Below are positions 63,701-64,000 of a DNA stretch of 64,000 bases, piece after piece (the first letter of the stretch is position 1; each line of letters begins with the position of its first letter). Source of the stretch: Catajapyx aquilonaris (taxonomy: Eukaryota). The translations under genes were made by a program, and so were the position numbers. A model generated the notes under the pieces. The model saw only the letters and a list, made by a program, of their open reading frames with translations. It ran no database searches and was not told where the DNA came from. The stretch covers positions 1-64,000 of the forward strand of contig JYFJ02001311.1 of assembly GCA_000934665.2 (NCBI GenBank). Reading direction: 5' to 3'.

Positions 63701-64000
63701 CCAAATTCCCAGTCCATATGGTGGGAAGGCCACCCCAGCATGACTGCATTACCTTAATTAACCCCCGCAACCTAATTAGTCGGATTATGCCCCCCCTTCT
63801 TAAATCAGGACCTCTAATTACCTCCTTTTGACAGTCTCAGGTGAGAGATAGCCTTGAATATTCATATCCCAGTGTCCAGTTCTCCCAAAGTTTTGTCCTT
63901 GGAAGCTCTACGACGGATCGTCCGGTTTTGTCCTATGCTTCCTCTTGGGTGCATATATAATCAGCACCAACCATTTCCTTCCCCAAGTTCCTCCAAGTCG

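Noticed and set aside
1..64000. Prokaryotic-type systems (CRISPR array, operons, defence islands)
   Set aside because: The window is spliceosomal eukaryotic DNA, and no repeat-spacer array was seen.

Overview
This is eukaryotic, intron-containing genomic DNA, most likely from an arthropod; that assignment is an inference from the gene families, not a species ID. Three protein-coding genes lie in tandem on the minus strand, and all could be assembled by hand with GT-AG junctions and consistent phases. (1) A canonical DRAK/STK17-type (DAPK-family) Ser/Thr kinase, 'paralog B': 7 coding exons, 33562->22316, 670 aa, DFG intact. (2) A divergent tandem paralog, 'paralog A': 6 coding exons, 14362->2807, 827 aa, with DFG replaced by DFE, a weakened basic loop, one intron fewer and a long tail with SKSRE-type repeats. 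(3) A 2-exon ecdysteroid-kinase-like (EcKL/CHK-family) phosphotransferase, 1576->251, 387 aa, with a non-canonical QLD catalytic loop. The otherwise unalignable tails of the two kinases share a 16-residue motif, WxxxCxGxxARAxEKF. The last ~30 kb (33.8-64 kb) has no credible coding exon and looks like upstream or 5'-intronic regulatory DNA, rich in CACGTG E-boxes. Nuclear-receptor-type elements (an IR1 EcRE-like site, an FTZ-F1-type site, a four-half-site DR5 array) lie upstream of the EcKL gene and of paralog A. I found no rRNA, tRNA, CRISPR array or intact transposon. Almost all other ORFs in the track are spurious.
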